The notes beneath the pieces are model-generated. The model saw only the letters and a list, made by a program, of their open reading frames with translations, searched no databases and was not told the DNA's origin. Shown here one piece after another: positions 24,390 through 38,644 of a stretch of 64,000 nt of DNA. The stretch's first letter is position 1, and every line of letters starts with the position of its first letter. The stretch covers positions 39,432,001 through 39,496,000 of the forward strand of contig NC_043010.1 in assembly GCF_006345805.1 (NCBI RefSeq), in the 5' to 3' direction. The DNA comes from Octopus sinensis. Its lineage: Eukaryota. The translations under genes were made by a program, and so were the position numbers.

Positions 24390-27300
24390 GTTTGAGTGTG
24401 TGTGTATCGGTGTGCATTTTACAACTCATTGCATGGCTGTATATTTTTTATGTATGTATGTATTATTATTATATGTTTTGTGGCGTTGCCTTTTACAACC
24501 TATTAGACTGGGTGAAGCAAAATTCATGTATTTCGTTTTTGCATTATTTCATGCTGTTCATACAATTCCCGCAAGGCTAATAATGCACTTCTTTCTCACT
24601 CACTCTCTTTCTCTCCATTATTATATATTGCCTGAGCGATTCAGATTTCAAAAAGAACACCACAATCAAAAGTAACTATTTATATAGGAATCAGCGAACT
24701 ATTAACGCCATTACTCTATTAAGGAACCAATTATGTTTAAATTATCTCCAATTGTTAGAAGCTTCACATGGCTACTTCATTAGCTGTACAATTGTGAAAT
24801 AATGTTTTTGCTCTTATTTTTACCTCTTTGTTTTACTTTTTGACGTTTTTACTTTTCGTGTTAGACATTATCATTCAATAAGCTATCGCTGGTTGTATGT
24901 ATAGAAGTCACCAAGGCATTCCATTTGTCCTCAAGCAACGGACTTGAATCGACATCTGAAATTATGGCGTAGACAATTAGTATATGATTATTTTCATTTT
25001 GTTAATTATTTATTCCTATGAACTATTTTAGCTAAAGAGAGATCGAACCTAGGTAACACCAGTATCATCTTATAACTCAATGCAAGATTTTTGTGTTGAT
25101 TTTTTTCAGGACACAAAATACTTGAATTCAGTTCTCTTTTTTCATAAATTAGTTGTCTGATGCCCAATATTACTGAACATTTCCCAGGACTTCGTTGTAA
25201 CACTAGTTCGGTTCATTGCCCATGCAGATTCTCTCCTGGTCATCATTCTTCCATCCTACGGAAGAATTCTATCTTAATTATCATGAATTATTATATATTT
25301 CTGGAACAACTCCGATCGAGGATAATTATGATAAAATTCTTTAAAACTGAAACACTGCTTTAAGTATGTATCACTTTGTTTCTCCCTCAAATTTGAATGA
25401 AATTCTAGTTGGGTCTTTGAGAGATACGGATCCCTTTGCTATTTGTCTAAAATTAGCGGAGCCCGTCATACGCCGTATCTGACAGAAATTGATTTCTTCC
25501 TGTGACAAAGGCAACCGTAAAGAGGAGAATAAAACAAAAATTAATCCTGAAGCATTGACATATGTCCTCATCAACATTGATTTGAAATCAGAATCCTGTA
25601 AACTGGCTTTCAAGCCGTTGACTGAGCTAGTCCGACGATAACTTAATAAAATTTTGTGGATATGTACATGTCATCTTTCCAATTTTACTACACTAGGGTT
25701 AGTTTTGAACTTGAATGTGCTGCTATGTCTAGCTAATTATCTGACCGCATAAAGGCTCCATTAAATGTATACCCTTTGTAAGGACATGTGACGTAGCGAT
25801 ATATTGCCTCGTATTTGACTCGCAAAACGGAAACGAAGCAAGTAGTAATAACTTAGTGATAACTGAACAGTTTTAAGAAATATTTTTCTTTTATTGTAAG
25901 TAATTTTGTCGAAATACTGGAGGCAAAATTATACTAGCCGAATTTAAATTTATAGTAAACTGAATCATATTTGTAAATACACTTGTATCGTATTAAACTA
26001 TTCTTGTGCCCCATCTGTTACCTTTCATTATTGAATTTAATGATTTCTGTTTCATACAATGTCTGGAATCGTAGTACAGGAGAATATTATGTATGAACAT
26101 TGAATGAGAACAGAGGATAACATAATTGGTAGCATATCTGTTGAATTAGTTTTAGACCAATATGTTCTGAGGAATGATTTCGAGAGTATATCTCGTATCT
26201 CATTACATGTAACATGTAGTGGAAAATTAATACAACTCTCTTTAGTCCATTACATATATACATATATACTGTGAAAGCAATAAATGTCTGGTAGCATTTA
26301 TACAGAGGCAATGAATAATACATACGGCCTTATTACAGGTATTGCTATATTTGAGGGGGGAAGCCCGGTCTAAATTCATTTGATAAAAAGTATTCTAAAA
26401 GTTCCTAATTATAATGAATCCGCGTTCAGCCCCATGATGTATTAATAAGACTAATAAGACCTAGCACTCTAAACGTGAAGAAAAACTTAATGAAGTTTAT
26501 ATAAATATTTCAGAGCCATGTAAACGATCTTCATTTTGCTTATTTTCTGCTTTTTCCTATACTAAAATTCATTCAAGTTTTGCGTTGATATTCCTTTTGA
26601 CGATTTGGATGAAATAACAATCACTAGTACGGTTCAGTTTAGCCGATTCAAATCGATATTATTCTGACATTTAAAGACAAAGTTAGTATTAAATGCTAAA
26701 ATGATAAGTGGTAGTGTGACAAATACGGAAAAATACATAACTATATGCATTAACGTGTTTAGTTTCATCCGTTCTCGTCCAAAGTTTTATAAGTTAGGGA
26801 TGTGAAGCGGTTCCTATGACATTTATTGGCCTCTTTGGAGATGTTGAATCGATATTTGCTTTAATTCATACATTTGTTACCGCTGTTTTAATTGACTATA
26901 TAGTTTCTCTAATAGAATATTTCCCTATGAGCATATTATAGAAATCAAATCAATAAGATTTGTGTTCTCAAGTTCCTCTTTATAAAATGTGGTTAGTGTC
27001 AAGTTTAAAATTAAAGCCTTTTGTGAGCGATAAAATAAAATGCATTCAATTTACTATTTTCAATAAAAAAAAATCGATTATATCAGAAACAGAGCCTAGA
27101 CAAAAGAGATTATACTGTGTTTAAGATTACTTAGTGTTGCCATCGGTTAGACTATTCAGTAAATGGAAGGACAAATATTTATAGCTTTCAATGGTTTCTC
27201 GTTACGGTTTGTGTATATTCCATGAAGATACCGTCATTAATCTCTAAATTTCCAAGGTCGATAAAATGAAACATAACCTATTACACTCAATGGAATTGAG

Positions 27301-27932
27301 TTTGCTGTTAAAGTTTGAGAAATAAAGCCTGGAACTCAACATTAAGTAGAATATTGTCTGCATATTTAATGAGAAAATAATGCAGCGTTGGATGTGATAC
27401 CATCTATCCAGAATTAAATGCGCTAAAACTAAACAACTTTGATTAAAGAATCGTTGTATAATAGACGGTGTTCTAACTCAGGATAACTTGTTTCAAGACA
27501 TGTACAGTTGTCCAGTTAACCTAAACTTTCTTCACAACAGCTACAAAATGACCTGGTCAACCGAATAAAAGCATGGTGATTAAATGTAGGTAGGCATAGC
27601 CATAGAATACAATTTTAGCTAGAGATAAAATACAGCTACGGTAATAAAATATAGAAGACGAAAATATAATAAATCATTTTGATGCGCTCAGTATAAAACG
27701 TCACACGTTTAATATACAGGAAACTTAAAGACATTTAATCATACAAAATAATTAAAACCATTTAAAGAAAAATATTCTGTTTTTGAACAATTAATTTATG
27801 TATGAGAGAGAAATATTTATGTGAGAGAGAAATAGTATATTGGGGATTTTTAAAAGGAATTTGCCGATATATATTTTGGCGACTGGAGTATTTACTCTCT
27901 CCATATTTGACATGGATCTATAATATATTTAT

Positions 27933-27976
<44 letters not shown>

Positions 27977-28626
27977 GTATATGCATGTATGTTAATCCTA
28001 CATATGACTTTAAACCTCATTCAGTAGTGGGTCTCTGGCGAGGGACTTCTATGGAGTTGTGGAAAGTACAACTTCTTTGCCACTATTATTTACAGATATA
28101 AGTTAACTAGCAAGTTAGTTGAGAACGTGGTGGTCATTAATATGGGTAAGGAGTAACTGACTAAAGAAAGGAAAAAAATTTGATTCCAAATATCCAAGGT
28201 GATGAGGAATCCTCGGTAGTCGAAACACGAATCGGTCCGATATTGTCAAAAGGCTTATTCAATGAACGCATGAAACAACACTGATAACACAATGTGACGG
28301 CTATGATTCTACCTCCTGCATTCATTGGTGACATGGAGATGTGGGCACAAGGTTTATGGTCAACAACCTGTACCCCATTCCATACTATCCAGGTTGGAAC
28401 CGAAGTCCTATGTTGGAAACACTAATGAAAGGAACTTGGGAGGATGCATAGAAAAGAATAGTGTAACTCAACGACCACGAGACAGAACGGAAAGTGCCGT
28501 TTCCGTGGCAGAAATAAACACAAATGCAAACACATGTTTCTCTTCATGTACATAACACACACAAAAACATACTTAAGCAATATAAACAAATATACAAACA
28601 TACATAAACAAATATATATATATATG

Positions 28627-28697
<71 letters not shown>

Positions 28698-29828
28698 TAA
28701 TAAAAAGGAAGTTCTTGGTACAGTATTATATATATTTGAAAAAATATACATTTTTCTGTTTGAAAACGGCTACTTGAAGCCAGTAACTCACCGTAAGTAA
28801 CTCACTGAAATTTTAAAATACGTATCAAAATAAGAATTTTACCCCTCAAAAAAGCCATCTCAACTCATTTTCACACACAAACACACACATATATATGCAT
28901 ATATAAACACACATTCACATGCATTTGCATACATAAACTTATGCATATACGTACATGCGTATATGTGTGTGTTCTTCCATTCTTTTACATGCTCCAGCTC
29001 TAAGGCTGCGTCCATACTGGAGCACTGCGCATACATGATATATCCACATATTTTTGTCACCCTAAAATGCAAGCATTACAGTACTAAGAGAATAAACAAG
29101 CCGTGGAATTTTGATAATGGGAACAGTACGGCCATTAACTAATGCAACATGTGTTAAAACGGATCTATTGATTATAATCTTGAATATCATTTCGGAGCTC
29201 AGAATGCAACGCATAATGGCATGTATGCCCATAAAGCAGCTGGTGGCGAGGGAGGTACTCGAATTAAATTATGATAGCAATGCATACAATGAATTATATA
29301 CGCGTATATTGTTATTAACAAACATGGGTTACTTCATAAAATGTTTTACACACAATGACCTTACTTTGCAAGACAACGTGACAGAAATATAAAATTTAGT
29401 GTTGCTGCGCAATATAAGTTTGAATCCACTAATCAGAAGAAGCATTACTGTGGAGTATATCCATTTGTTTGGAACCGTGAATTATTTCGTAATTTAATTA
29501 AATATATTAATTAAATTTACTAGATGCTTAGACAATAAAGTGGATGTAGACTGGAAGAAGCCATTTCATAGTGAAGTCTACGAGCATCACATACACCGAG
29601 GGAATTTATCTAACTTATTTAATTAATTTTCGTTACTAGCGACGGCTCAAGACTAATGGACTAGTAAACCTTGGTATGAAGAATAAGCACTGCTTGCACG
29701 TGAAGATATTTACATGACACTTAATATTTCACACTCTCCATGTGACAAATGTATTTTCTAAGTGTCTTTGTTAATTCAGCTCATCTTGCAAAATGTTTAA
29801 TTGTACCTTATTCTAATAAATAGGTATA

Positions 29829-30231
29829 CTCTTTTACTCTTTTACTTGTTTCAGTCATTTGACTGCGGCCATGCTGGAGCACCGCCTTTAGTCGAGCAAA
29901 TCGACCCCGGGACATATCCTTTGTAAGCCCAGTACTTATTCTATCGGTCTCTTTTGCTGAACCGCTAAGTGACGGGGACGTAAACACACCAGCATCGGTT
30001 GTCAAGCAATGCTAGGGGGACAAACACAAACGCACACACACACACATATATATATATATACATATATACGACAGGGTTCTTTCAGTTTCCGTCTACCAAA
30101 TCTACTCACAAGGCACTGGTCAGCCCGGTCTATAGCAGAAGACACTTGCCCAAGATGCCACGCAGTAGGACTGAACCCGGAACCATGTGGTTGGTTAGCA
30201 AGCTACTTACCACACAGCCACTCCTGCGCCT
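29829..30231 (-). mobile_element. SINE family A, full length
   Basis: Close match to the copy at 16110 in reverse orientation. Confidence 0.92.
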
Positions 30232-30242
30232 ATATATATGCG

Positions 30243-30425
30243 GAGAATTCACAAAACAAAAAAAACAATAGACGAAAGCAGGTGGTGTAGAGAAAAAATA
30301 GATGTATTGATATAACGCTCGGGAAGTGAAAAAGTCTTTAACGTTTCGAGCCTACGCCCTTCCACAGAAAGGAACGCAGAAAGAAACAAGGAGAGAAAAT
30401 AAAGAATGTGTAGTGGCTAGCGATG

Positions 30426-30467
<42 letters not shown>

Positions 30468-31030
30468 TGTGATTCACAAAAAACAAAAGATGAAGACAGG
30501 TGGTGTAGAGAACACATAGATGTATTAGTATATATATATACATATATATATATATAGGGATGATTCACAAAAAACAAGATGAAGACAGGTAGTGTAGGCA
30601 ACAAACAGATGTATTAGTATAACGCTCGGGAAGTGAAGAAGTCTTTAAAGTTTCGAACCTACGCTCTTCCACAGAAAGGAAAGCAGAAAGAAATAAGGAG
30701 AGAAAATATGGAAAATGTAATGGCTAGCGATCTATCATGGCGAAGGCCGGACAGAAGGGTCACACAGGAGCGCTAGGAAGAAGTGGAGATGACAAAGTGG
30801 TGGTGATCCCAAAATGAAGGTGCGCGTGCGTGTGTATAAGAGAGTTGTATGTGCGTGTGGGAGAGGGCTGGTGATCTTGACGTTTGGGTGTGTGCATGTG
30901 TAGGTGTGAAAATGTGGGTCTTGGAAGTGGTCAGTGCCGATGTGTGCGTGGTCGTGTGTTGTGATGTGATGTGTTGTGTGGTACGGTGGTATAAGGTGTA
31001 GTGGTGTGTGGTGTGATGTATAGATATATA
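30243..31030 (-). mobile_element. PLE-like non-coding element with partial tandem terminal repeats carrying hammerhead-like motifs
   Basis: Repeat units 30243-30425, 30467-30530 (partial) and 30557-30735 are separated by (TA)n/(GA)n. Hammerhead-like folds at 30336-30371 and 30643-30678. The last unit continues into a CA-rich unique segment. Confidence 0.55.
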
Positions 31031-31223
31031 CATATAAATAGGTATATACATCAACAAGTAGAATGGATGGCACACGGCTCATTGTTATTATGATAAGAAA
31101 TAACATATCATCGTGATTTCGAATGGTATACAGATTCACATTGGAAAAATTACAAAGTGGTCACTCCCTGGATACATTGTTTCTCATACTTCCACACATT
31201 TTAATCAACCGAAATATACTCGT

Positions 31224-31612
31224 TTCTTCTCTAGGCACAATTCTCGAAATCTTTGGGGAGGGGGACAGTCGATTAGATAGACCGCAGTATGCAACTGGTA
31301 CTTAATTTATCGAACCCGAAAGATGAAACGCAAAGTCGAACTTGGTGGAATTCAACTCAGAACGTAAAGGCAGACGACATACATATTTCTTTACTACCCA
31401 CAAGGAGCTAAACACAGAGGGATAAACAAGAACAGACAAACGGATTAAGTCGATTATATCGACCCAAGTGTGTAAGTGGTACTTAATTTATCGACCCTGA
31501 AATGATGAAAGGCAAAGTCAACCTCGGCGGAATTTGAACTCAGATCGTAGCGGCAGACGAAATACGGCTTCGCATTTCGCCCGGTGTGCTAACGTTTCTG
31601 CCAGCTCGCCGC
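31224..31612 (-). mobile_element. Two abutting SINE family B copies (31224-31383 tail type 1, headless; 31385-31612 tail type 2, full)
   Basis: Both show the family B core. The second is close to the copy at 24160. Confidence 0.85.
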
Positions 31613-31980
31613 TTTCTATCCACCGAAATATCAAATAGTTTATTTCTATATATAAGCACAATCTACACACAGGGAAAGATTCAAAATCACAACGTTTGCG
31701 ACTTTAAGAAGAGTAAATCCCCTATAGAATAACAGTTCTGTAAGTGGATATCCTGCAAAAACACAAGTTTCTGTATTCCATCAAAGGGCAGACACAGAAA
31801 GTTAAATATACTATTGGCTGTAGCAAAAGGAAAACAGCCTCGCTCGTTGTATTATGGTATGATAATCACAAATTCGGGAAAAACTTACACTTCAAGGTCC
31901 ACAAGGTATCGGCGTTTAGGATATTCTTCAAAGATCTAAAACAGGAAAATGGAAAATGAAATTGTATCTTTTATTATGTA

Positions 31981-32493
31981 CTAGCAGTATCGCCAGGCGT
32001 TGCTCGGGTTTGTAAGAGAAATAACTATATAAGCATTTTTAGAGAGTTATTTCCTTTATAGATGCCAATTCGGGCTTTCTTAGCCATTTCTGTTTTGGTG
32101 TCTTCAAGCCATGAAGTCGTTGTTCTAAAAGAACGCTGGTCTCCTTGACAACGCTTTACAACGTTGATTTCCTTACACTCCTTTCCCCACAGCTTCACGA
32201 GGGAGGGAAGAAGGGGGAGAAGCAACCAGGTGCACGTGTGACCATGGACGCCAACTCCGCCGCCATCGACACACGAAAAATTATGCATTAAAATGGAATA
32301 AAAAATGATGTTAAATTATTTTTAAAATCGTAGACTCATTGTAGACGTACGCTAACACTCAGACGGGCTTGATATGAATCACGACTATACGATACCCGAA
32401 TTTGGTTAAACTGCACCCCAAAATGTGGGAGTAGTTAGGAATCTAAATCGAAGGGGACAGACACTCACACAACTACAGTTTTATATATATAGA
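31981..32493 (-). mobile_element. Non-autonomous Helitron
   Basis: The minus strand begins A|TCtatatatataaaa and ends aaacccgagcaacgcctggcgatactgCTAG|T (subterminal hairpin plus CTAG, AT target, no TSD). Homologous to 39121-39514. Confidence 0.85.
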
Positions 32494-32947
32494 TTAATAA
32501 GCCATTTACAAACGATGCGTTGATTTCGAAAATGCATTTGAAATGTGCAAAGAAGTATAATAGAATAAAGAGAATTTAAAAACGAAATATTGCAATTCTA
32601 TTTCATTTATATAAATTTGTATAATTCAAAACATTCTATTTCTTTCTGTTCATACGACAAATCTCTATTATCAGAAATGTCGCTCACGCTTAATTATTTT
32701 GGATTATTAATTAGACTTCTGTTGGTATTTCTGATTTCTATATAATAAATAAAATGAATTACTTTAAAATGATTGAAGCCTATTAATTTGTTTCAGTGAG
32801 TGGGTTTTGAGAGTGTGTTTGTTTTACTGTACGCGTGTGTGTGTGTGAGAGAGAGAGAGAGAGTGCGTGCGTACATGTACATATTAACAAAAAGAATCTC
32901 ACACACACACATCTATATGTGTATTTGCATCCATGCATGTGTGTATG

Positions 32948-32999
<52 letters not shown>

Positions 33000-33112
33000 C
33001 ATATATATGTGCGAGTGTGTGTGTACATATATGTACATGCACACACACACACATATATATACATGCATATATATATTTATATATACATATACATATATAT
33101 ATATATAAGCAC

Positions 33113-33144
<32 letters not shown>

Positions 33145-33225
33145 GGATATATATATATATATGGATATATATATATATATGTTTGTAAATATATATATAT
33201 ATATATATAATATATATATATATAC

Positions 33226-33754
33226 ATAAATTTATATGAATAAGGATAAGATCGTTATTTAAATATCGAACTTATCAAGTGGCCAGCATGGGAATAAAAA
33301 CATTCAAAGGTAATAATTGTTACTACAATTATAATTTAGAATATCTAAGAGGTGCCTCCACACTGGAAATAACAGCCAAAACTTGACTCTAAAACCATAT
33401 TAAATGTTCTTACAGCACCAGTTGTATATATGTATTTGTATTGTTTATGTGCTGTGTGTATTACGGATTTCTTGCTCTGCCTATTCCTGATGAGGAAATG
33501 CTGTTCCTCATCAGTGGAATATACACAGCACATAAATTATACAAATACATATATACAACTGGTGCTGTATGAACATTTAATGTAGTTTTACAGTCAAATT
33601 TTGGCCGCTACTTCCAGCGTGGAGGTATCTCTTAGATACCCTAATTTATAATTTTAATAATAATTATTACCTTTGAACGTTTTTATTCCCATGCTAGCCA
33701 CTTGGTAAGTTCTATATTTAAATAACGATATTTTCCTTATTTATATAAATTTAT
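33226..33754. repeat. Diverged ~530-bp fold-back palindrome with a hammerhead-derived centre
   Basis: Arms ~33226-33462 and ~33517-33754 are imperfect reverse complements. The centre read on the minus strand is attcca-CTGATGA-ggaacagcatttcc..gcagagcaa-GAAATccgt. Confidence 0.85.
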
Positions 33755-33922
33755 ATATTTATTTCGTTATTATATACACCGCGGTAATATTTTATCGCAC
33801 GGAGTCCTAGACGCGCAATTTAAATTGGTCTTGTGCATACGTGAATATATATGTATGTATTCGTCCTTATATGTAAGTATTCGTATGTTGTCTATATGTA
33901 TTTATATTTATGTGCTTTGTAT

Positions 33923-33980
33923 ATTCTACTGATGAGGTAAAGTATTTCTTATGCAGAACCAGAAATCCGAGATCTGGAAT
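33923..33980 (+). ncRNA. Type-I hammerhead ribozyme motif (AUC triplet)
   Basis: attcta-CTGATGA-ggt..acc-a-GAAAT-ccgag-ATC-tggaat: 6-bp stem I (one G-U pair) and a short stem II. Homologous to the palindrome centre at 33463-33520. Confidence 0.65.
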
Positions 33981-34103
33981 TATCCAGTAATTGTTTTGCT
34001 AGTTTATTTTATTGTTTTGTCTTCTATCCTGTACGACGTATATATGTATATATATACGTCGTATATATATATATATATGAATATATATATATTTATATAT
34101 ATA

Positions 34104-34143
<40 letters not shown>

Positions 34144-34936
34144 AGAGTAAGCATATAACTGTGAAACAAGGTGGGAATATAGTACACAAATACCGAAGGT
34201 AGAGTAATATACCTTATTAATAAAACTGCAAAACACCACAAAACTGTCACTCAGAATTTCACGTTCCCTTTCGTCTGACAGTTCTTTGACTGTATACATA
34301 TATAATAAACACACACACATAATTAACTGCAATTTCACATTGTACATCCTGCTTCTTATGCACCCACATTAAATCACGGGAGGTGAAATCAGAAGTTCCA
34401 TTAATCTGATATTTCTATGTTTGTCTCTAACACTGGTACTGAGTTCTTTTCTTTTTTTATGAAAGTTATATAAACATTTGACCTACCGCAATAAAATTGG
34501 GCATGACTCTATTTTGTTCAATTAATTTGCTTGCATGTCTATTCTCCTAACTACAAGATTATTTGCAATTATTTGCAGATTATACTTACGAAGGAACAAA
34601 TGCGTTCATTCTACGAACAAATGAGTTCATTCTACTTTTATTTCCATCAATATAGAAAATAGAAATCTTAATAAATGAATGATTTTGATATGTAAATGAG
34701 ATGAAGGTTTAATAAGAATTCTGAATTAACAGTATTATGATGAATAACTCTATTCTCCTTGAACTTATTAAATTATTTATGCATGAAATATGATCCCTCT
34801 AGTTTTACCTTGAATTTATTAGAAGTATTATTATGAAGAATATCTTGCTGAAGAATATAATTATCCAAGAATATATTTTAACCCTTTCATTAGAAATTAG
34901 GCGTACACAAGGAAATATCCTCTGAAAGGCATTTAA

Positions 34937-35148
34937 CCCTTTCGAAACCAATCCGGCTGAATCTGTCTCTGGCTCTCTAGTACAAAGGTTTTGTATTCAT
35001 AGATTTTGAATTAAATTCCTCCACCAAACTTTAATCACAATTTATGTTCTTAACACTAGTTTAAGTTATTTTACTAACTTCTTTGTTATATTCAAAATTA
35101 ACTGGAAGGAACACAGAGCATTTCAAAATAGATACGGTTACGAAAGAG
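34937..35148. mobile_element. piggyBac-like MITE
   Basis: TTAA|ccctttcgaaacc ... ggttacgaaagag|gtaa: imperfect TIRs and a degenerate TTAA duplication. Confidence 0.5.
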
Positions 35149-36123
35149 GTAATTGTCGAAAGAGTATGTAATGACTGATACACATAACTATATTTTTCTA
35201 ATAGCTTTATAAAGAACTAGAAATGCAATTGTAACACTCTACAGATACTTTCAATTTTAAATATACAGTAAAATATTACACTGATGGATTCAAGATTATT
35301 GAACTAAATAAAATCATTTGAGATTGTTGAGTAATCCCTTATCATCCTAAAAGTTAATGCAAACTAGGACGACCCTGTACAAATATGTTAATGAAAATAT
35401 CATTAATAATAATCATTAATGGTATCCAGAATCCCTCTACGTTATCAATTTATAACAGAAATACATGTTATAACAAAAGCTTACCGGTAGTTAATAGAGA
35501 TGCCTAAACAAAAAGGAACATAATTTGATGTTTAAAAAATTAAATATTCATCATTCAGAGTTAATATATATTCTTCATTTATTAAAAAAAGACTAACACT
35601 TGTCTTCAAGGGATAGACAACAATGTATGTTTCGATGTATTAGGCCGTATAGCGTATCTCATTCTGTCCGATGTATTCAAAAATATTTTGACAGAGAGAA
35701 CAATAAAAAGAAATAAGAGAAGCAAATAATATTTAGCTTAAAATTTCTATTTGTAAAATATGAATAACTGCGGAAATGATAAGTGATAACGGAAAAGGCA
35801 TAAATTGGCTATTTGCATCAATTTATATGAATAAGATAAGGGTGATATTCTGAATGATATACGAAAATAATTTCCCTTAGTTGCTGAGTCTGAGTGATTT
35901 ACATTCCCAAATAATCCACATTGGTAAATACGTTTGATTTTTGCATATCGCATCGATAAAGACATACATATATTTTGTATGACATAAATCTGCTACTTTT
36001 CTGCTAGCATATGGATGCAAAATAACAACCCAGATTGGTAGATGCATGGTGACCAGAAATTCAGCAGAGACTTCGGAACCACTCGGTATAAATACATACA
36101 TACATACATGCATACATACACAC

Positions 36124-36154
<31 letters not shown>

Positions 36155-36180
36155 ATATATATATATATACACATATATAC

Positions 36181-36239
<59 letters not shown>

Positions 36240-37104
36240 ATATATTATATATATATATATATTATATATATATATATATGTATGTATGTATGTATATATG
36301 TATTATATGTACACATATAATGTTCTGTTCCGCGAGGGTAAGATAAATAAAGTACGCCTTGTGAGAAATAAATATTGTTTAATAGATACATGTTTGTATG
36401 TGCTTCTAATAGTTTCTTATGTCGAGAAATACCTGAATGTTATTCACCAGACATGAACCACATATCATAAAAATCTAAAAATTGCTTCAGAGAAGCATCG
36501 AGAAAAGTTGAGAAAGAAGCAGATAGAAAACGTGGAAGGTTAAAAAACGGAAAACGAAAATTAAGAAAGTGCAAAAGCTATATATATATATATATATAAC
36601 GTGTGTGTATGTGTGTTTGTGTATGTATACAAGATCTATACACACACACATGAATATACATATAGAAATTGCCTTATATTTTCATATTTATTGTAGTATC
36701 ATCTTTTCATTTGGTAGTTTCGAATGTTATTTCCATATGTATTTAATGAACCATTAATTTTCTAATAGGGTGAGTCAGAGGGCTGTGGTTTTATAAGTAA
36801 CATTGTGATTACATACGGAGAAACATTAGAGACACTGTAGGAGAGTAATCATAGCATTCACCGTTGGAAATACATTTCCTGTACGTTTCCGACACTTTGA
36901 TAAATTTAGGATAGCATTTTTCAAAATAATTGGAACAAAATATAGAATGGCATTCCCCTCATTTGTTAAAATAGTCAGTAATTGGCGGCATTTCCAATAG
37001 TGATAAAAATGAATAAATTTACATAACACAATAGAAAATATATAGAAGCAGTCATATGGGATTACTCACACGTATTCAGTTTTATTCGTACATATTAGCA
37101 CCTA

Positions 37105-37143
<39 letters not shown>

Positions 37144-37799
37144 AAATATCTGAATGTATTTAGAACACACACGGGGCGACGAGCATATACAGGCAGAGAC
37201 GATTAATGGCGGGTTTAGAACGGCGGTTGCTACGAAGTATTTACGCAACATGGAGGCCCAATGTTTAAAGAAGTACAAGTGAAGTATTTATATACGTTTG
37301 GCCGTTTCACAATCAAGAAAAGGAACATAGATTAGGCAACAATTGATATACCCACACATACAAACACAAGCACACACACACAGGCATAATAAATAAGTAT
37401 ACATACATATATATATATATATAATAATTATTAGGGCGACTTTAATAATATAGAGTGTTTGTTATGGTCAAAAATGAAACAGCACAACCGAATGGTAAAT
37501 GAATTAACTAATAATCTAACAATTATATTGTCAATTGTCCACGGTCTGTCTGTATGAAGAAATACACGCTCACAATGATAGCAGATTGTTAGAAATAAAA
37601 CCACGCTTTACTGTTTGTATTTTTAATTGTATTGGCGAGGTAACACGACATTGTACTTCGCTTTACATTACAACAGAGAGTGAATTTGTTTCTCTATGAA
37701 ATAGATAAATTTTATTTGCGGTGCATTTCATTCTTTGGCTTTAAGTGTTGCGTGTCTATGTCTGTAGGGTTGAAAATTTTTGTCGAAGTTTTACTGAAC

Positions 37800-38300
37800 T
37801 TATTTGTTCGATGTGAATGTCGATTCTAAATATTAATTGCTTGAACTTTTACAATTCTTCAAACACCAGACCATCTTATTTTGCGGTCTTTTATTGTGTT
37901 TGCAGCGTGATTTTATCAATTACTTGATTGCCAGCTTCTTCGTATGTGTACTGTTGATAAAACTTCACAATGTCGTGATCAACGAAATCTTCTGATTAAG
38001 ATCCAAACAAGTCACGTACATCTGTATCTTCTATTTAACCGAAACCAACCAATCACTCGTCCAATTATTACCAATTCTTTATAATTTTTTCCTATTGACG
38101 AAGGTCAGCGAAGCAGTTATCACGACTTGTTTCATCAACATTGGATATTGACGGACAAAAAGAACTCGTTTGTTGATTACATCTTCTAAATATCGTGGTT
38201 GCATTTTTAAATACATTTTTCTTTACACTTCTAAACTCTCATATAATTCTTGACCGTATTAAAAAATTCTCTTGGTCAACAGTAAAGATTTCTCCCGAAG
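37800..38300 (-). mobile_element. Probable pogo/Tigger transposase C-terminal remnant
   Basis: VGFG*IEDTDVRDLFGS*SEDFVDHDIVK resembles Tigger GF..V.E.DV.ELL.SH.EEL..EDL. Heavily decayed. Confidence 0.4.
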
Positions 38301-38347
38301 GACTGTAATTCTCTATTTACATTTTTCTTTATATGCAAAGAAAATAT

Positions 38348-38605
38348 TTTTACTTGTTTCAGTCATTTGACACCAGCCATGCTGGACCACCGCCTTCAGT
38401 CGAGCAAATCGACCCCAGGACTTAGTCTTCGAAAGCCTAGTGCTTATTCTATCGGACTCTTTTGCCGAACCGCTAGTTTCCGGGATGTAAACACACCAGT
38501 ATCGGTTGTCAAGCGATGTTGGAGCCACAGACACACATACACGCGCACACGCACACACACATATACACACACACACACTCACTCACACACACACACTCAC
38601 ACATA

Positions 38606-38644
<39 letters not shown>

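Noticed and set aside
25371-25501. Candidate minus-strand exon after a pyrimidine tract and cag acceptor
   Set aside because: The peptides are unrecognisable and there is no partner exon; it needs RNA-seq support.
28189-28245. GTGATGA...GAAAC..GTC hammerhead-like string
   Set aside because: C3 is missing, stem II does not pair and stem I is not contiguous with the core.
30735-31139. 134-aa His/Thr-rich ORF
   Set aside because: Derives from CA-rich low-complexity repeat sequence.
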